64,000 nt of DNA from Lama guanicoe (GCA_013239625.1 MU053487.1:763058-827057), one strand, 5' to 3'; shown: positions 1-14,119, numbered from the stretch's first letter. The notes: generated by a model not told the origin, from the sequence alone. Made by a program: numbers and translations.

Positions 1-770
1 GGTGTAAAATGGTACTTAATGAATATTTTAATTTGTTTTTCTTTGATCACAGCAAGGTGGAGCATTTCTGCATGTTTGTTTACTAATTTTAATTCCTACT
101 GCATAGATGATCAGATCGTATTTTTTGTTCATTCGTCTATTGAGCATCTTATTTTTATAATTGTGCATTTTATATAGTATAGATATTTACCCTTTATCTT
201 TCTTTTAAAAGTATTTTAATCTCTTGTTTTTCCCTTAGTTTTCATTACATTATTTTAGAGGCTACAAAATAAATATTTTATAGCATTAAATCTGAATTTT
301 TCCCATTAGTGAAAGGTTGGCAGATTTGGATTCCTGTATATATTTAAACATGTTGAATTTTATTCTTTGCCACATCTTACAAGGTTTAAAAATATTTACT
401 GTTTTTGTGGCCTAAATTTTATTTTCATTTACATGTAAGCTGAAGATATAAACTAATTTTATTTTAAATTAGCTACTCAGATATCCCCAAACTATTTCTT
501 AAATCAGTCTTCTTTTTTCCCCATCATATAGTGATGTTTCCTCTAAGAATGTAAAAAATGTTTAATGTGATAGTGTCATTTCTGGAGCATTTATTTGGCT
601 CCAGTTTTTTTTTTATGGTGCCAGATGTATTTTAATACCTAACAGGATGGTCTCCTCTGATGATTTTCACATTGAGACTGTCTTAAATATTTCCCTCCCT
701 AGTTTTGTCCCTAATTTTTTCTTCTTAGACTAATTTCATAGTACTTAACAATTTCATAATTTGGTCAGGT
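1..770 (-). mobile_element. Ancient L1 (L1M/L1ME-like) fragment, resuming at about 1241-1500
   Basis: T-rich decayed antisense L1 ORF2-like sequence (ggtgtaaaatggtac...tttctttgat...gagcatttctgcatgtttgttt). Confidence 0.55.
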
Positions 771-780
771 TTAAAAATAG

Positions 781-1240
781 TGTTTGGTTTTCTTTTGCTG
801 CTGTAACAAAATAATACCACAAACTTCACAGCTTAAAACAACACAGATTTATTACCTTACGGTTCCATAGACCGGAAGTCTCACTTGGTTCGAGTCAAGG
901 TGTTGGCAGGGCTGCATTCCTTTCTGCAGGCTCTAGGGGACAGTTGGTTTTCTGGCCCTTTCCAGCTCCTAGAGGCTGCCCTTATGCCTTGTTCTCTGTC
1001 TTCAAAGGTGAAAATGGCGCATTCTCTGACTGTTTCTCATTCTGAGCACAGGCAGAAAATATTCTCCAATTTAAAGGACCGATATGATTAGACTAGGCTC
1101 TGGATAATCCAGGATAATTCCCCTCGTTACACAGTCTTCACCCTTAATCACATTGGTAAAGTCTACCATGTAAGGTAACGCATTCAGAGGTACTGGGATT
1201 AGAATGCAGACATATTTGGGGGGCCATAAGTTTGACTACA
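781..1240 (-). mobile_element. MaLR LTR (MLT1C/D-like)
   Basis: ttgctgctgtaacaaa..taccacaaact..gcttaaaacaacacagatttatt at one end; ggataatccaggataat internally; tttggggggccat..actaca at the other end. Confidence 0.85.
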
Positions 1241-3438
1241 ACTAAAATTGCATCAGAATTTTGTTTGGGATTCTGTTAAATATATGTTAAATGATCTTGG
1301 CAGAATTGGCATTTGTGCAGTATTTCATGTGTGCATCCATCAGTGAGGTATAGTTCAGTCTTCATAGTGATCACCTGGTTACATTTTGAGGATTACTCTA
1401 GTAGTTTTAGACACCCTATCTCCTTCATTGTGCTCTGTAAACTTCCCTTTTGTGTGTTGCTATGGTGAACAGGACTTCCCTTTGCCCAGATTCCTTCCTA
1501 GTCCATTTTTCGAACAAGTTATTGCTTGATGTCCTTAATTCTTTATGAAAATTTATTCCCTAATGTAATCTTAATTTGGCATCCACTCTACAAGGAGAAA
1601 CATATGCTGGCAACATGTGGTGAATGCAGCTCCCAGGGAATCAGCCCAGCTATGCCATATTGAGAAATCTCCACTTGCATTATTTATTTGAAAAGATGCA
1701 AAAATGCTGAGCACTGAGATGACCTTCAGTGCTTATGAAAGGTTGCTGAATACTACATTTGACCTAGTTTTCTCAGTGTCCTGAGCAGAAGGACACCCAG
1801 CAGTCCAGGAGCTGCCCTGGCAAAGGGAAGTGGCAGATGGGCCTGGGGTGGAGGCAAAGCTTTGCTTAGGGACCCTGCACAGTCCCTCTCTCCAGATGAT
1901 TGATTAATTTCTACTCCAGCACATTGCAGGTTGTGATCCTTTTACTTCTACTCTCACGAGGCAGAGGAAGGGGCATGGGGTTGAGAAGCAGGAGGCCTGG
2001 ATCCAGCCTCACCTGAGAGCTCAGTTGAGCCATATGGTCGTGAGGAGGTGACGTGATTCCTTGGGGGATCAGTTTTATTTGTAGTCAAGGGGGTTGGAGT
2101 AGACCTGTCGGTCTATATAAACTGATGGGGATTTTAAAGATGGCAAAGTCCATTTGAAGAAGGAACAAAGTACCAATCATTTCAGTCTACTCTTTTTTTC
2201 TCTTTAAACAGATTCTGGGGTAACCCTCATGAAGCAGAGCTCTTTTTGATACATTTACTCTAGAAATATCTCTGACCTCATGAGCTAATTCTCATCTTAG
2301 CTTATGAGCCTTTGAGACATCTCAGAATTCCCTGCTGTAAGTAGTAAAGATGGGACTTGACATCTCTCCTCAATGATAGGCACAGAGGATTAGAAACACA
2401 TTGGTCTTCTGACATAGAGTCCCACAGCCTCTGATCCACAGGAAGCTTTTGCTGCTGAGACCCAGAGGAGAAACCTTGTCTTCAGGATCCAGATGAAGTC
2501 TGGATGGATTTGGCTTTCTCTTCCTATAGATCTTGTTGAAATTCTCCCTTCCCACTCTGTTTGTCCATTATGTCTTTGATATTTTGTTTTCATCAGCTAC
2601 TGTTCCCTTCCCCTGCTATGATGTCTGATGAGCAGTGAGTGACCAAAGGGATCCAGAGAATGGCTTGGACGCTGGAGGGCAGTGAAGATGAGAGGGAGAA
2701 GGGAGCCCTCAAACTGTGCTTCGGAGGAGGAAACCCCAGGGAGGCTGGTGGAGAAGAAGAGGGAAAACTCTATGCTGTTGTACCGCTGTACTTTTGAAAA
2801 GACACTGCAGTATAGCAAGCTGGAGCGGGAAGAGCCCTTGACCTGAGGACCGGAGGGTCAGAGGGAGGGGCCAGGCTGTGCCGTGCTAGGGCCTCAGCTG
2901 CCAGTCCAGATCGAAATTCGAGGCACCAGTTACCAGCAGATGGCTGCCTACCTTCCCCTCAAGCTGTGAGCAGGGTGGAATCAAGCTTTGTAGCTTATGT
3001 AGCTGCATTAAAGTGAATGTAGGGAGAGGGGCTCCAGCAAAGGACTCCCTGAACAGCATTTTTAAAAAGAAGATCATATGGTGGAAATGAGGATGGGGAG
3101 ATAAGCATGTGAGACACAAGTTAATTTAGGTGGAAATGAGAAGAAACAATGGCCTCTGAGGAGGGGGTGGGGAGAAGGAAACTTTCATCATAAATTCACT
3201 TTGGCATCTGTACCAATCCCCTGTCGTTTCTCAGAGGACTTTTATCATTTCTTGGGTATTGCCTTGTTTCTTCTTCCTCTGTTTTGGAATAACTGTCTCT
3301 AGTTAGAAGGAGCATGCCCATCTTTGTCCTAGAGTTTATTCACAACCTGTCCCAAATCTTGCCAGTGACCAGGTACACAGTTTATACTCAGTGCCTGGAC
3401 ATGTTGAGAATCTTCAGGCAGACTTTTAAGTAGATTTT

Positions 3439-3783
3439 TGTCTTGGCTGTCTTAACAAAATCCCATAGACTGGGTGGTTTATAGAGCATGAATTTATTTC
3501 TCACAGTTCTAGAGGCTGGGAAGTCTGAGATCAGGGTACCAGCATGGATGGGTCCTGGTGAGAACTTGTTTCCTAGCTTGTAGATGTCTACCTTCTTGCT
3601 GTGTCCTCACATGGCCAGGAGAGACGGAGCTCTCGTCTCTTTCTCATCATGAGGATTCCACTCTTGTGACTTCTTCTTAACCTAATCACCTCCCACATAC
3701 CTCACCTCCTAATACCATCCCAGTGGAGGTTAAGATTTTAATATGAATTTTGAGGGGACACATACATGTAGTACATAATAACA
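3439..3783 (-). mobile_element. MaLR LTR (MLT1A-like)
   Basis: atttatttctcacagttctagaggctgggaagtctgagatcagggtaccagcatgg; atgaattttgaggggacaca. Confidence 0.88.
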
Positions 3784-3859
3784 TCTACGCCTTGGTTTAA
3801 GAGGTAGTGACAGACTCAGACTAATGACTGTTGTATTAATAGCCTGGAATTGAGAAACT

Positions 3860-4075
3860 GACCCAGAGCATGGGTCAACAGAACCCATACTCTGCCACTC
3901 ACTGCCTGAGTATTAACTGGGCATGTTATGTAGCCTTTCTGAGCCTCAGTTTTCCCATCTGGACGAGTTGGGATGAGTTTCCTACACTCTACAAGGTTAT
4001 TGGGAGGAGTTGCTGAGATAAATTATGCAAAGCAATTAACTTTTAGTAAGTGATCAATAAATGTTATTGTTAAAT
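3860..4075 (+). mobile_element. MIR SINE
   Basis: MIR core tctgagcctcagttttcccatctg; 3' end caataaatgttatt. Confidence 0.8.
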
Positions 4076-4709
4076 TATTCTTATTATCCACTTTCCAAAG
4101 ACAACATCCTTTCCACCCATATATTTATTCCTTTGCAAACAGACCAAAGATAATTGACTTTCGCAGACTAAAAGCATTTGAATAACCCTGAGTTGGTTGG
4201 GTAAATTTTTCTGCTCATGTTTATTTGCAGGGTCATCATCTAAGCTGCATGACTAGCCACTGGGGAGAGATGGCTTGAAATAAACGTTCTCAAGGGCAGG
4301 TGGAGATAATGACACCTGGTGGAGCTGGGCTGATAAAAAGCAAAGGAGATGAAGGGGGAGGGATTTATTGATGAGACACTACCAAGAGAAAGCCACCCTT
4401 AAGGATGAAGCCATGTTGTCCCTGGCTACGTACGTTAAATGAACAAAGAAAGACCTCAGTAATCCTACACCAAAGCATCCTAGGAGGGTGTGTATGTGCG
4501 TGCAGGCACATGTACTCATGTGCGTGGAGCCTATGTTAATGGCATGCATTGTTTGGGCTGTGAAATGAACCATGGAGGAGCACAGCAGACTTGCTATTCC
4601 ATTACTCTGCACTTTCTCTGATGCCTGACTGGCATGGTTTTGATCCGAGAGGAAGTGAAGTTTACTTCCTCCATCCAGCAGGAGAGCTCCCAGGGCATGC
4701 TTTGAGGAT

Positions 4710-4972
4710 AATAGTGATGGCTAAGTAGCCACCATTTACCGACCAGGGGCTACTTGTCAGTGTCTACTAGATACCTTAGCTTCATTTTGTCTAATCCTGA
4801 TAGCAACCCTGTAAAGTACCTCCATCTGTGACGTCTCTCTTTGCCTGGAGACTTACAAAACTGAGGTCCAGAGAGGTTAAATGACTTGCTCAAGCTCACA
4901 GAGCTTATAGTGGCTGAGTTACAGTTCAAACACACATAGTCTGAATCCAAAATCTGTGGTCTGTCCCCCAAC
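4710..4972 (-). mobile_element. MIR SINE
   Basis: aaaactgaggtccagagaggttaaatgacttgctcaagctcacagag. Confidence 0.85.
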
Positions 4973-5439
4973 ACTTCTGCCACCCCGCCCCAAAGAGCCC
5001 TAATCAATAAACTGAGTGTAGAACCCTGCCTCCAGCATATATCTGGCTCTGCCCCGAATTCATATTGGCAGTAGAGTGTGGTGGTCAACAGTGGGATGAA
5101 CCATTTTGGGAAGGGCGCTGGTATCCCTTCTAGAGTTGGGCAGTACCTGGCAGTGACCCCAGGCTACGGGGGAACTGGTAATGTCCATGGGGTTGAGAGG
5201 CTACTACTGTCAGTCAGAATAGAAGCAGGCTGAAGGAGGAGGGCACATGACCCTAGTGGTAATTCTTTAACTCCATTTCTCTTTGCCTGGGCACTCAGAA
5301 GTGGGATTCAGTTGTCCCTGCCAGACGTCTTTCAGACCTAATGCCTTAGTCTATTCCAAATCTGTAAAGATAGTTGTTCTCAAAGCTTTTGGTTTAAACC
5401 AACCAAAACCCCTGCAAAATATGTGTATTTTAATCTTTT

Positions 5440-6550
5440 AGGATGTATCAGTTAATCCTATGTGATTAATTTGTGTATTCAGGTTTTTTTATATTCTATC
5501 TGTATTTTTTTTCACATTAAGTCATAGGTTGAGAGAACTGAATGAAAGTCTTCTATTAAGGTGTGTCTGTTTAATTTTCCTTATTTTCTATGCTTCATTT
5601 TATGACTTGTTTGGTGCTTTTTGCTGTGAATTCAACCCTGTCTGAGAGTGAGATTCAGAGCTTCTATTTTCTTTTGATTTGCATTTGCCTGTGTACCGTA
5701 GTGCAGGCTCTCATTTTCAAGCTTTCTGAGTTAGACTGTCTTAGATCTATGTCTCTTGTGTACATATAGTTGGTTTTTTCTCCATGATCCAATGTAATAA
5801 TATGGTGTCTTAACTAGGTATTTATGTACTTTGCATTTATTATTTAAACAAATGAGTTGGATATTAATTCTGTCATCGTATTTGATGTTGTATCTTCTAT
5901 TTTTTCCTTTTTGTAATCTTTCATTATATGATCAGCCTCCTTTGTGTGTATGTAGTGGTCATCAGGAAGTGCACACACTTTCTGATGATTTGAAAAGTTT
6001 GTGACCTGTTTTAATTTCTTCTGGTGGTTACATTGGCAGTTTTACGCTTCTCCTCTCTTGAGCTTGGCTGACTTTGCCGTAGTCACTCTTGCTTCCATAT
6101 TGTCTCTGTTTATCTTTCCCCATTCTGTCCCCAATTTTTGTCAGTTCTCTTTTTTTGGTCAAATTTTTAGGCTTCATATTTACAACTTCCAATATATTTA
6201 TATTACTTCTAGTTAATTATCAGATTTAAATGATGTGTTTTGTCCTCAGCCTAGAAAAGATGACAAACTCAACATCTTTATACCACCTTCCACCTTTTCT
6301 TCCCCATTTCCTCCCAAATGCTGTTAGTAATACTGTCTCTACATTATTGTTGTATATAACATGTGTATTCTATTCTCCAAATGTAATCTCCATAATTTTT
6401 AGTCTTGGTTATCAGTGACGTGGATCAATGCCCATTGTCTGTGTTTTTACAACAGTTCCTCTTGTCATCTCGTGGCTGGTTGAAGTTTGCACTCTACTAG
6501 TTTCTCCAAGAAAGGCTCATGGGAGTTCATTCCTTGTAAACCTGCTTTGA
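5440..6550 (-). mobile_element. Ancient L1 internal fragment
   Basis: Decayed antisense L1 motifs (ttgatttgcatttgcct, tatgtctcttgtgtacatatagttgg, tatttacatttatt-like); T-rich. Confidence 0.55.
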
Positions 6551-6599
6551 GCTCTTCTTTTAAAAATGAATTTATTTTAAATAATTTAAGAAATTATTA

Positions 6600-7710
6600 T
6601 TTTCAGTTATGATAAAATACATGTACAAAATTTACCATTTTAATCATATTTAAAGGTACACTTCAGTAGTAGTTAAGTACATTCACATTATTGTGCAACG
6701 AATTTAAAGAACTCCTTTTATCTTGCAAACTGAGTATCTGTATTCATTTAAACAACTCCCCATTCCTTTTTCCTCCCAGGCCTTGGCAACCACCATTCTT
6801 CTTTGTGTCTCTGGATTTGACTACTCTAGGAACCTCGTACAAGTAGAATCATACAGTATTTGTCCTTTTGTGACTAGACTTACTTCACTTAGCATAATGT
6901 CCTCAAGGGTCATCCATATTGTAATATATGTCAGACTTTCCTTACTTTTTAAGGATGAATAATATTCCATTGATTGTATCTGCCACATTTTGTGTATCCA
7001 TTCATCCATAGATGGCCACTTGGGTTGCTTCTACCTTTTGGCTATTGTGAATTATTCTGCTATGAACATGGGTGTATGTCTTTGAGACATTGCTTTCATT
7101 TCTTTTGGGTATATCCAGAAATGGAACTGCTGGATCATATGACAATTCTATTTTTAGTTTTTTGAGGAGACATTATATTGTTTTTCATAGCATTTGTACC
7201 ATTTTACATCCCCATCAACAGTGCACAGGATTCTGTTGTTTCCACATCCTTGTCAACCCTTGTTATTATCTGTTTATTTGATTGTTGACATCAGCTATTT
7301 TGATTAGTGCAAAATGCTGTCTCATTGTGGTTTTTAGTTGCTTTTGCCTTACAATTAGTGATGTTGAGCATCTTTCATGTGCTCATTGGCCATTTGTGTA
7401 TCTTCTTTGGAGAAATGTATATTCAAGTCTTAGCCATTTTTTAATTGGGTTTTTTATTTTTGGTTGTTGTGTTGTAGGAGTTCTTTATATATTCTGGATA
7501 TGAACACATTACCAGATACACGATTTGCAAATATTTTCTCTCATTTCATGGATTGTCTTTTGACTGTTGATTCAGTTCTTTGATGCACAGAAGTTTTAAG
7601 TTTTAAATTTTGATATAGTCCAATTTAGGTACTTTTCCTTTGTTGCCATTCAAAAATCGTTTTCAAATCTAATGTCGTGAAGACTTCCCCTTTTGTTTTC
7701 TTCTACTTTA
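6600..7710 (-). mobile_element. L1MB-like 3' end (ORF2 C-terminus plus 3'UTR), 5'-truncated
   Basis: Minus-strand ORF 6821-7009 MDEWIHKMWQIQSMEYYSSLK...WMTLEDIMLSEVS resembles the L1 ORF2p C-terminus; typical 3'UTR aaaatttaccattttaatcat..aagtacattcacattattgtgcaac. Confidence 0.92.
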
Positions 7711-8559
7711 AGTTTATTTTTTGAACTTTTAAATGCTTAGTGATATTATTAGTCATTTTTTCCTGTTCTTTGTCAAGAATTTTTGTATTTTTTTTCTGGT
7801 CAGTGTATGTGTTTCTATTTCTATCTTTATTTTATTTTCATATAACCTTTTATATAAATTTGTGTTAATTTTTTTTTGTTGGGTCATCTTTGAATGAAAC
7901 AAGTTCTTCATGCATCCACCTTTTCCATCAGGTTTGGGTGAGGAAGAGCCTATAGATACAGGGTTGGATGCACCTGAGAGTGAATGAATCATTTTAGATC
8001 TTAGTTATCCCCTGACAAGGGAACCAGTGCATGATTGTTTGCAATTGAGAGTTTATCTTCAATCTACAGCAGTCACAGTTAGCTTCCTGCAAAGTCTGCA
8101 TTTCCTCATTGAGCTCCTTTCCCCTGCAACACTTGGTGCTAAGTAGGATCCTAGGAAACTCCCTCAGTCAGCCCACTGATGCCCTCATATTGCTCCAGAT
8201 GAGACATTGTTTTTCTCCCTAGCATACACCATCTTGTTTGGACAACTGTGCTCTGACAGTTCTCTGAGACCTGTACCTGCTGGTGTCCTCATGAATTTCT
8301 TCACTGGGTGTCACAGCCCTCTCTCTTTTAGCACAGTTCAGAGTTTCAGCAGTCTATTTTAGTTTGTCAAAGGTGAAATTTGGGCTTCTGTTTCTCATTC
8401 TCTTTGATGTTGGGGTGACTTCCTAGAGCAAAAGGAGGCAGGACCTTTATAGTGGGAGTTGAAGTGGCTGTATTGACTTCACTTCTCCATCCCTTTTTCT
8501 TTTTGACTGGATTGACAGCCTTTCTGTTTCCTAAGATATAAATTGGAGCAGTGAGAGAG

Positions 8560-8960
8560 TCCAACTACATGGAAGTCAAAAGAATTGGATGGTTATGTAG
8601 TGGACTTCTGATCCCATCACTAATAGCCATTTGACCCTGAACAAGTAACGGAAATCTTCTGGGCCTTAGTTTTCTTCATGTGATGATAGTAATAACCAAG
8701 GTTTTATTGTGAGAGGCACTGTTGGAAGATTGTTGCATGTATTAACTCATGTAAGTCTCACCTATTGTCATTCCCATTTTACAGATGAGGAAACTGAAGC
8801 AAAAGGTTATGGCAGAGCTGGGATTCAAATCTAGAGCATTGGTTCCAGAGCCTGTGTTGTCCACTCTGCAGTAATTCCTCTGTTGTGCAGTCCCGACCTC
8901 ACAGGGCTGTTGAGAGGGTCGAAATGATAATGTACATCAAGCACCTGAACTGCACATGGT
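8560..8960. mobile_element. Cluster of MIR fragments in both orientations
   Basis: ctgggccttagttttcttcatg (+); cccattttacagatgaggaaactgaagc..ctgggattcaaatc (-). Confidence 0.8.
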
Positions 8961-11900
8961 AAGTAAGAGGTTTCTCCTCTTCCTTCCTACCCCTTCTCTT
9001 CCTATTGCTCATCCTTCCCCTCTTCTTCTTCCTGTATTCATACCCTTTAGTGATAAGATAGACGAAAATGATGGTTTGACATAATTTTGTTTGACAAAAA
9101 TGTGCAAAATTGTCCCAAGCATTTAAAAACACTTCCTTCTTCTGAAGTTTAACTGGCTGACCTTTGTTTTGGAGATAAAGTAGGAAATGATAAGGAAACT
9201 TTATCTTTCATTCTTTGTGCCGGTTTTCAAACATATCTTAATGTCTTCAGGAGGTAGAGCTGGGGTAGAAGGGAAGGAACTTATCACTAGTTACTTTTGG
9301 AAACAAGCTGCTGAGACTCTCTGAGGCACTTCATCTTTGATCCTTTGGAACCAGTTTGTAAGTGAAAGGGGGAAGGTCAAGAGCAGTGTTGCATGTCCAC
9401 GCTGTCGTCTAAATAGAAAGTGCTGTCTACTTACCCCATAATGGTCTCTGGCTCTGGGTTCCACGTATAAAATAGGTCATAAAGTGGGTAGTTAGTGACC
9501 AGTGGTTGTAAGTCATTCTCCCCATCCTTCATGTTTTCCTCCATGTGTTTGCTTCACTCTCTGTCTGCAGATTTTTCTTAGAGGAGAAAAAGGCATAGGC
9601 TGGAAGATGGACTTCTTGGTCCAATTTTGTACAGATTTTCCTTTCAAACTCTGAGAAGGAAAGAGAAAAGAGAGGGGAGAAAAGGAGAGATAACTAGGTA
9701 GAGGGAGGCCAACTAGACTCTAAATCCTAATTCCACATTTTCTGCAGGAGAATCTGATTGGTTTGGCTTAAGTCAGGTATCCATGTGGTTACTATACAAG
9801 GTGTCCAGGTGGATGACATACCTGCTGAGGGGTAGGCCCTCCAAGAAGAGGGACTTTGGCAGAGGAGGAAATGATTGGTGGAGAGAATGATCGGCATCTC
9901 TTATTAGACACTAAATTGCCATGTCAGTCTGCTGACTGGGACCCTGACACGGCAATGCATTCTGTACTCCAGACTCAGTGACTGGGGAAACCAGCAACTG
10001 TAGCCCTGCCTAGTCCCTGAGGCTATCCATCTACTTACTGGCCTGGATTCCCAGGGTGCTGCCAGCCACCTAGTAGTCCCATTTAGTTGTCTCATTGGAC
10101 TGTTTGCCTTGGCAGTTGGTCCTCTTGTTGGTTCCCATGCCCTCTTCAAAAAAGGCTTGCCTGGCATGATGACTGTCTCTTCTTTGCCAGTCGATTACTC
10201 CCTTGAGTGCCTTGCCGTTAGCACCAGGGCACCCTGTATCAGACTTCAGCCAAAGTCACTCAAAAATCCTGTTCCGGAAGCAGAGGTGGGGCAATTCCTC
10301 CCCGTCCCTTCTCTGACTCTCTCCAAATCATCCCGATCTATTTTTAAAGAGGGAACCAAATAATCTCTGGGGACCTTTCATCCCTAAAAAGTTCTCCAAG
10401 GAAAGTTCAAAGATGGGCTGTTGTTTAGAGATCAAGGAAAAGGAGATGGAATTTAAATATTAAGAAGGAAGCTCTTGCCTCCAGGTAAAGCTGGCATTTG
10501 CATAATAATGAGAATGACTAGCCAGATGGAATTGAGAAGCTGACTGGAATCTCAAATCCTGGTGAAGGAAGATTCATTTACCTGAAATGGCAATGGGAAA
10601 TATGCTAATGAGAGGTTTGCTGCTGTCCATCACGTTCCACAGATTCTGAGACAAAGAAACAGAGAGAGTTCACAAATAGGAGGTAATGCAACTTGACATT
10701 AAACTTAATTTGGTTTGTTTTCCCATCAGTCCCGGACAGATGTGCAATTGTGTAAGTCTTTAAAGGGGGTGGGCGAGCGATTCCCTTCTGTCAGAACTGC
10801 CTGACAGTGTCATCACCAGTGCTGTCATTGTCATTACTGTTATTGTGTTAGAAACGACGGGAGGAAGGGAGAGGAAATCTAGAGTCTGACCTGAATCATT
10901 GTTGAGACCTAATGGGAACATCTAAAAAGAAAAGTAAAGGGAGAAGGAAATAAGAACTCCAAATAAACATTTTTTTTTTGTATGTGTCTTGATGGTTACA
11001 ATAAGGGAAACTTAGTATCTGGGTGATAGAATCAATAATTTAGAAGGCACCTTAACTTGAAAATTGAGTTCCCTGAGGGAGACAAGGTTATGCTAGACTG
11101 TCCCAGACTTGAGCTTGAATTCTTGTATTTGCGGCAACAGAGTCTGTTCTGGGGGAAGATGGAGGAAAGCTGTGACGGGCAGAATTCCAGCATGGCCTCC
11201 ACGTCTCCTCCTCATAGCGCTATGTCCTATAAATTCCTACTGCGTGACTGTGGGCAGAACCTGGGGCTTGCTTTTAAAAGACTCACACTGAGGACCATGT
11301 TATATTATGTGGCAAAGGCAACCTGTTATATTGCAGAGGTATAAGATACTTTGCTGAGTCTATGTATATGTATTGTTTACAGTCCAGGTACTTCTAGTAT
11401 TTGTAAGGTCGCTGGTCTGTGTTCAGGATGTCGCTACAGGACTACCCACTCTCTTTATGTTTGTGTTATGCTCCCCCTCTTGCTGGACTTGGCTGCCATC
11501 TTCTCTCTCTCCACCCTCTGCTCCTCCATCCTTTCACAGATGGTTTTGCTCTCCTTCTCTGTAGTCTGCTTCTTTGGGTAACTGTGTCATTGGGGAGCGA
11601 GAGGCTGGTGATGATTTTGAGGTTCACACCAGATATGCCTCTTTGGTGGGAGGTGCAGAATGCATGGCTGTTCCGTGAAGGAGAAGAGAAGGGTTTCTAG
11701 CAGCACAAGTTGGGTAGCTGTAGGGGTGAGGCAGGAACAGAGGGGATGCCCACATTTCAAATGTGATGAAGGCTAGGGAGCTCTTCAGCTGGGGCATCAT
11801 AACCTTAGTGTTGGCTCAGATCGAACACTAGTTGTAGCATCTACCAGTAAAAGAAGCACGATCCTCCTCTCTTGAGGTGCCCTGGGACACCTCTGTTGCA

Positions 11901-12039
11901 GGATTCAAGTATGACTCAGTGAATATATACCCAAGCCTTGATTAGCATTTTCCTGGCCCTAATATTGTTGGATACATCTCAGCTATATGTGGATTGAAAC
12001 CTAAAGGATCTCTTGCAGTGGGTATCTGAGATACATTAG

Positions 12040-12184
12040 GTATTATAGTCAGAATTCTCCAGGGACACAGAACCAATATTGTGTGTGTGTATAATACATA
12101 TATGGTGGTTTGCCAGCTATCTGGGCATCCCTTAGCCTGGTCAACTTCACATTTGGCCATCAAAACTAAAAATTAACCATCAAA
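12040..12184 (-). mobile_element. Internally deleted MLT2 (ERVL) LTR retaining both termini
   Basis: tagtcagaattctccagggacacagaaccaata at one end and tatctgggca..cctggtcaac..aaaattaaccatca at the other, only about 145 bp apart. Confidence 0.7.
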
Positions 12185-13360
12185 CTGGGTCTTGCTACAA
12201 GTCCAGGTGGAAGTAGAACAGCATGTTAGTGGTCCCAGGATCAGGGACCTCAGACCCAGGCTGTCCTGCAGAGCTTCAGGGGATGACCATGATGCCTGCT
12301 GGGAGGGTGGGCTGGTGGTGATGGCTGTGTACATATTTGCATATCCATTGTGCTGGACGTGGAGAGTCACTGTCCCAGTGATGTGTTGGTGGCCTGGGTG
12401 CCTTTTTTTCCCCTTCTGCAGTGTAATGCCACTTGTCATTTATTATTAAATATAATAATTACATTATATCAGTCACTTCACAACTAACAAAGTCATTCTG
12501 ACCAGCAAGAGACTGTTGGAGGAGTATGCTTCCCGGAGAACATCAAATTGGCTCTGGGCCATTTGTCATCGTTGTTGTCATTGTCTTCTTGTGGTTATGA
12601 TCATTATTAATAATGATGATCATGATCATTAGGCTTTGGAGGAAAATAATGATAAAATGGTTCTAATTAGGCATTCTAAATACATCATGTTCTGATCATT
12701 ATGTTGTCTAGTATTAATTATAATCACTATAATCACCATAACAATATGAACTTCTGTTTGAATTTGTCTTCTGTATGATCAAAGCATTGAAGGATACGCT
12801 CTGGTTAGCTTTCCTGACGTTCTGGCAGAGGGAGTGCAGGTTTCAAATCATGGCCCCACATGTTGGAGTAAGTGTGGACTGAAGGGGGAGGTAATAAAGA
12901 ATTCCAGAAACCAAAACCAAAATGCAGCCAAGTAAATAGTGGGGAGACACATGGTGGAGAGACGTGTCTGATGAGGTACAATCTAAAACAAAATAGGCTT
13001 AAGGAAGTTTATTGCAACTTTCAGTTTTGAATTTTGCATCTGCTATTTTGTAGCTGTGTGATTTTGAGAAATTTGCTTTGCCTCCCTGAGCACAGTGATG
13101 AATAGTGCTTTATTCTCCTGTTGCAAGGAGAGGCAGCATGTATTTTCCTGTTCCACTCCCCTTTTAGTTGAATGAAATAACACAATGTAGCCCATAATAA
13201 GCTTCCAGGCTATAAACTCTTAGGAGAAACCAAGTGAATATTCACTCCAGCAGCCACTACAGAGCTTGGCACATGGTTGGTTTGTACTTAATGAACATTG
13301 ATTGAATGAGTAAAGATATTGAAGGAGATTGCTTTATATAATTTATAGCTAGAAGAGATT

Positions 13361-13403
13361 TTAAGTAGAATTATTAAGTAGAATTTTTAAGTAAAATTAT
13401 TAA
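13361..13403. repeat. 13-bp tandem repeat, about 3.3 copies
   Basis: ttaagtagaatta / ttaagtagaattt / ttaagtaaaatta / ttaa. Confidence 0.85.
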
Positions 13404-14119
13404 TTTCTTCCACTTAAGGTTCTGAACTGCCTGGAGTCAGAGTCAATGCCTTTGCCCCATTTTGCTGCCACCCTCAGACTCTGATGTCCCCACTACCGTC
13501 AGCTCCCTCCAGAACTGAGTAGGGACCTATGGAAACAACTGGTGGGGGAGAAGGAGGTCTCTGGACTATGGGCATTAAAACAGACGAACACATGTGAAGC
13601 GGCCCATGAATGCCCGCCATTATGGCTGTCAGCCCATCTCCTCTCCATTGTGACTGCAGCTCTTCTGCAGGGACTGTCTGCTCCTTCAAGGCCCTCCCTG
13701 AGCCCAGGCCCTCTCTTTGACTTGACTCTTCCCACATACTCACATCATCCACTGTGACTTGGACCTGGGCTTGGAGGATCTCCTGTTTGAGGAATCCTGA
13801 AGTTGGCTAAAAATGGTGTGGTCTCTTAGATAGTCCAGCATGCCCCTGTTCTGTATGGTTTATACTCTAACTTGCATTTAGGAGGAGATGGATGTGCTGA
13901 CAAAGGTGAGCTCAGTTATGTCTCAGTTATTGGAAATTCCTCATTAGTAGGGAACAAATTAATGAACTCTTAGTTGTTTTTTTAAAGTGGAAATTACCAA
14001 GATTTAGTACACATAGCACATCTGGCTTTGAATGCCCCGACTCATTTACTCTTATCAAAGCCAAAGACTTCCTCGTATTGTCACATCCAAAGGATATTTC
14101 CAGGCCTGGCTGTCAGTCC

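Noticed and set aside
6723..7503. Chain of plus-strand ORFs suggesting a gene
   Set aside because: They are antisense frames of the L1MB-like element.
12600..12617. Perfect 18-bp palindrome atcattattaataatgat
   Set aside because: It lies in low-complexity ATC/ATT/ATG sequence where such palindromes arise readily.
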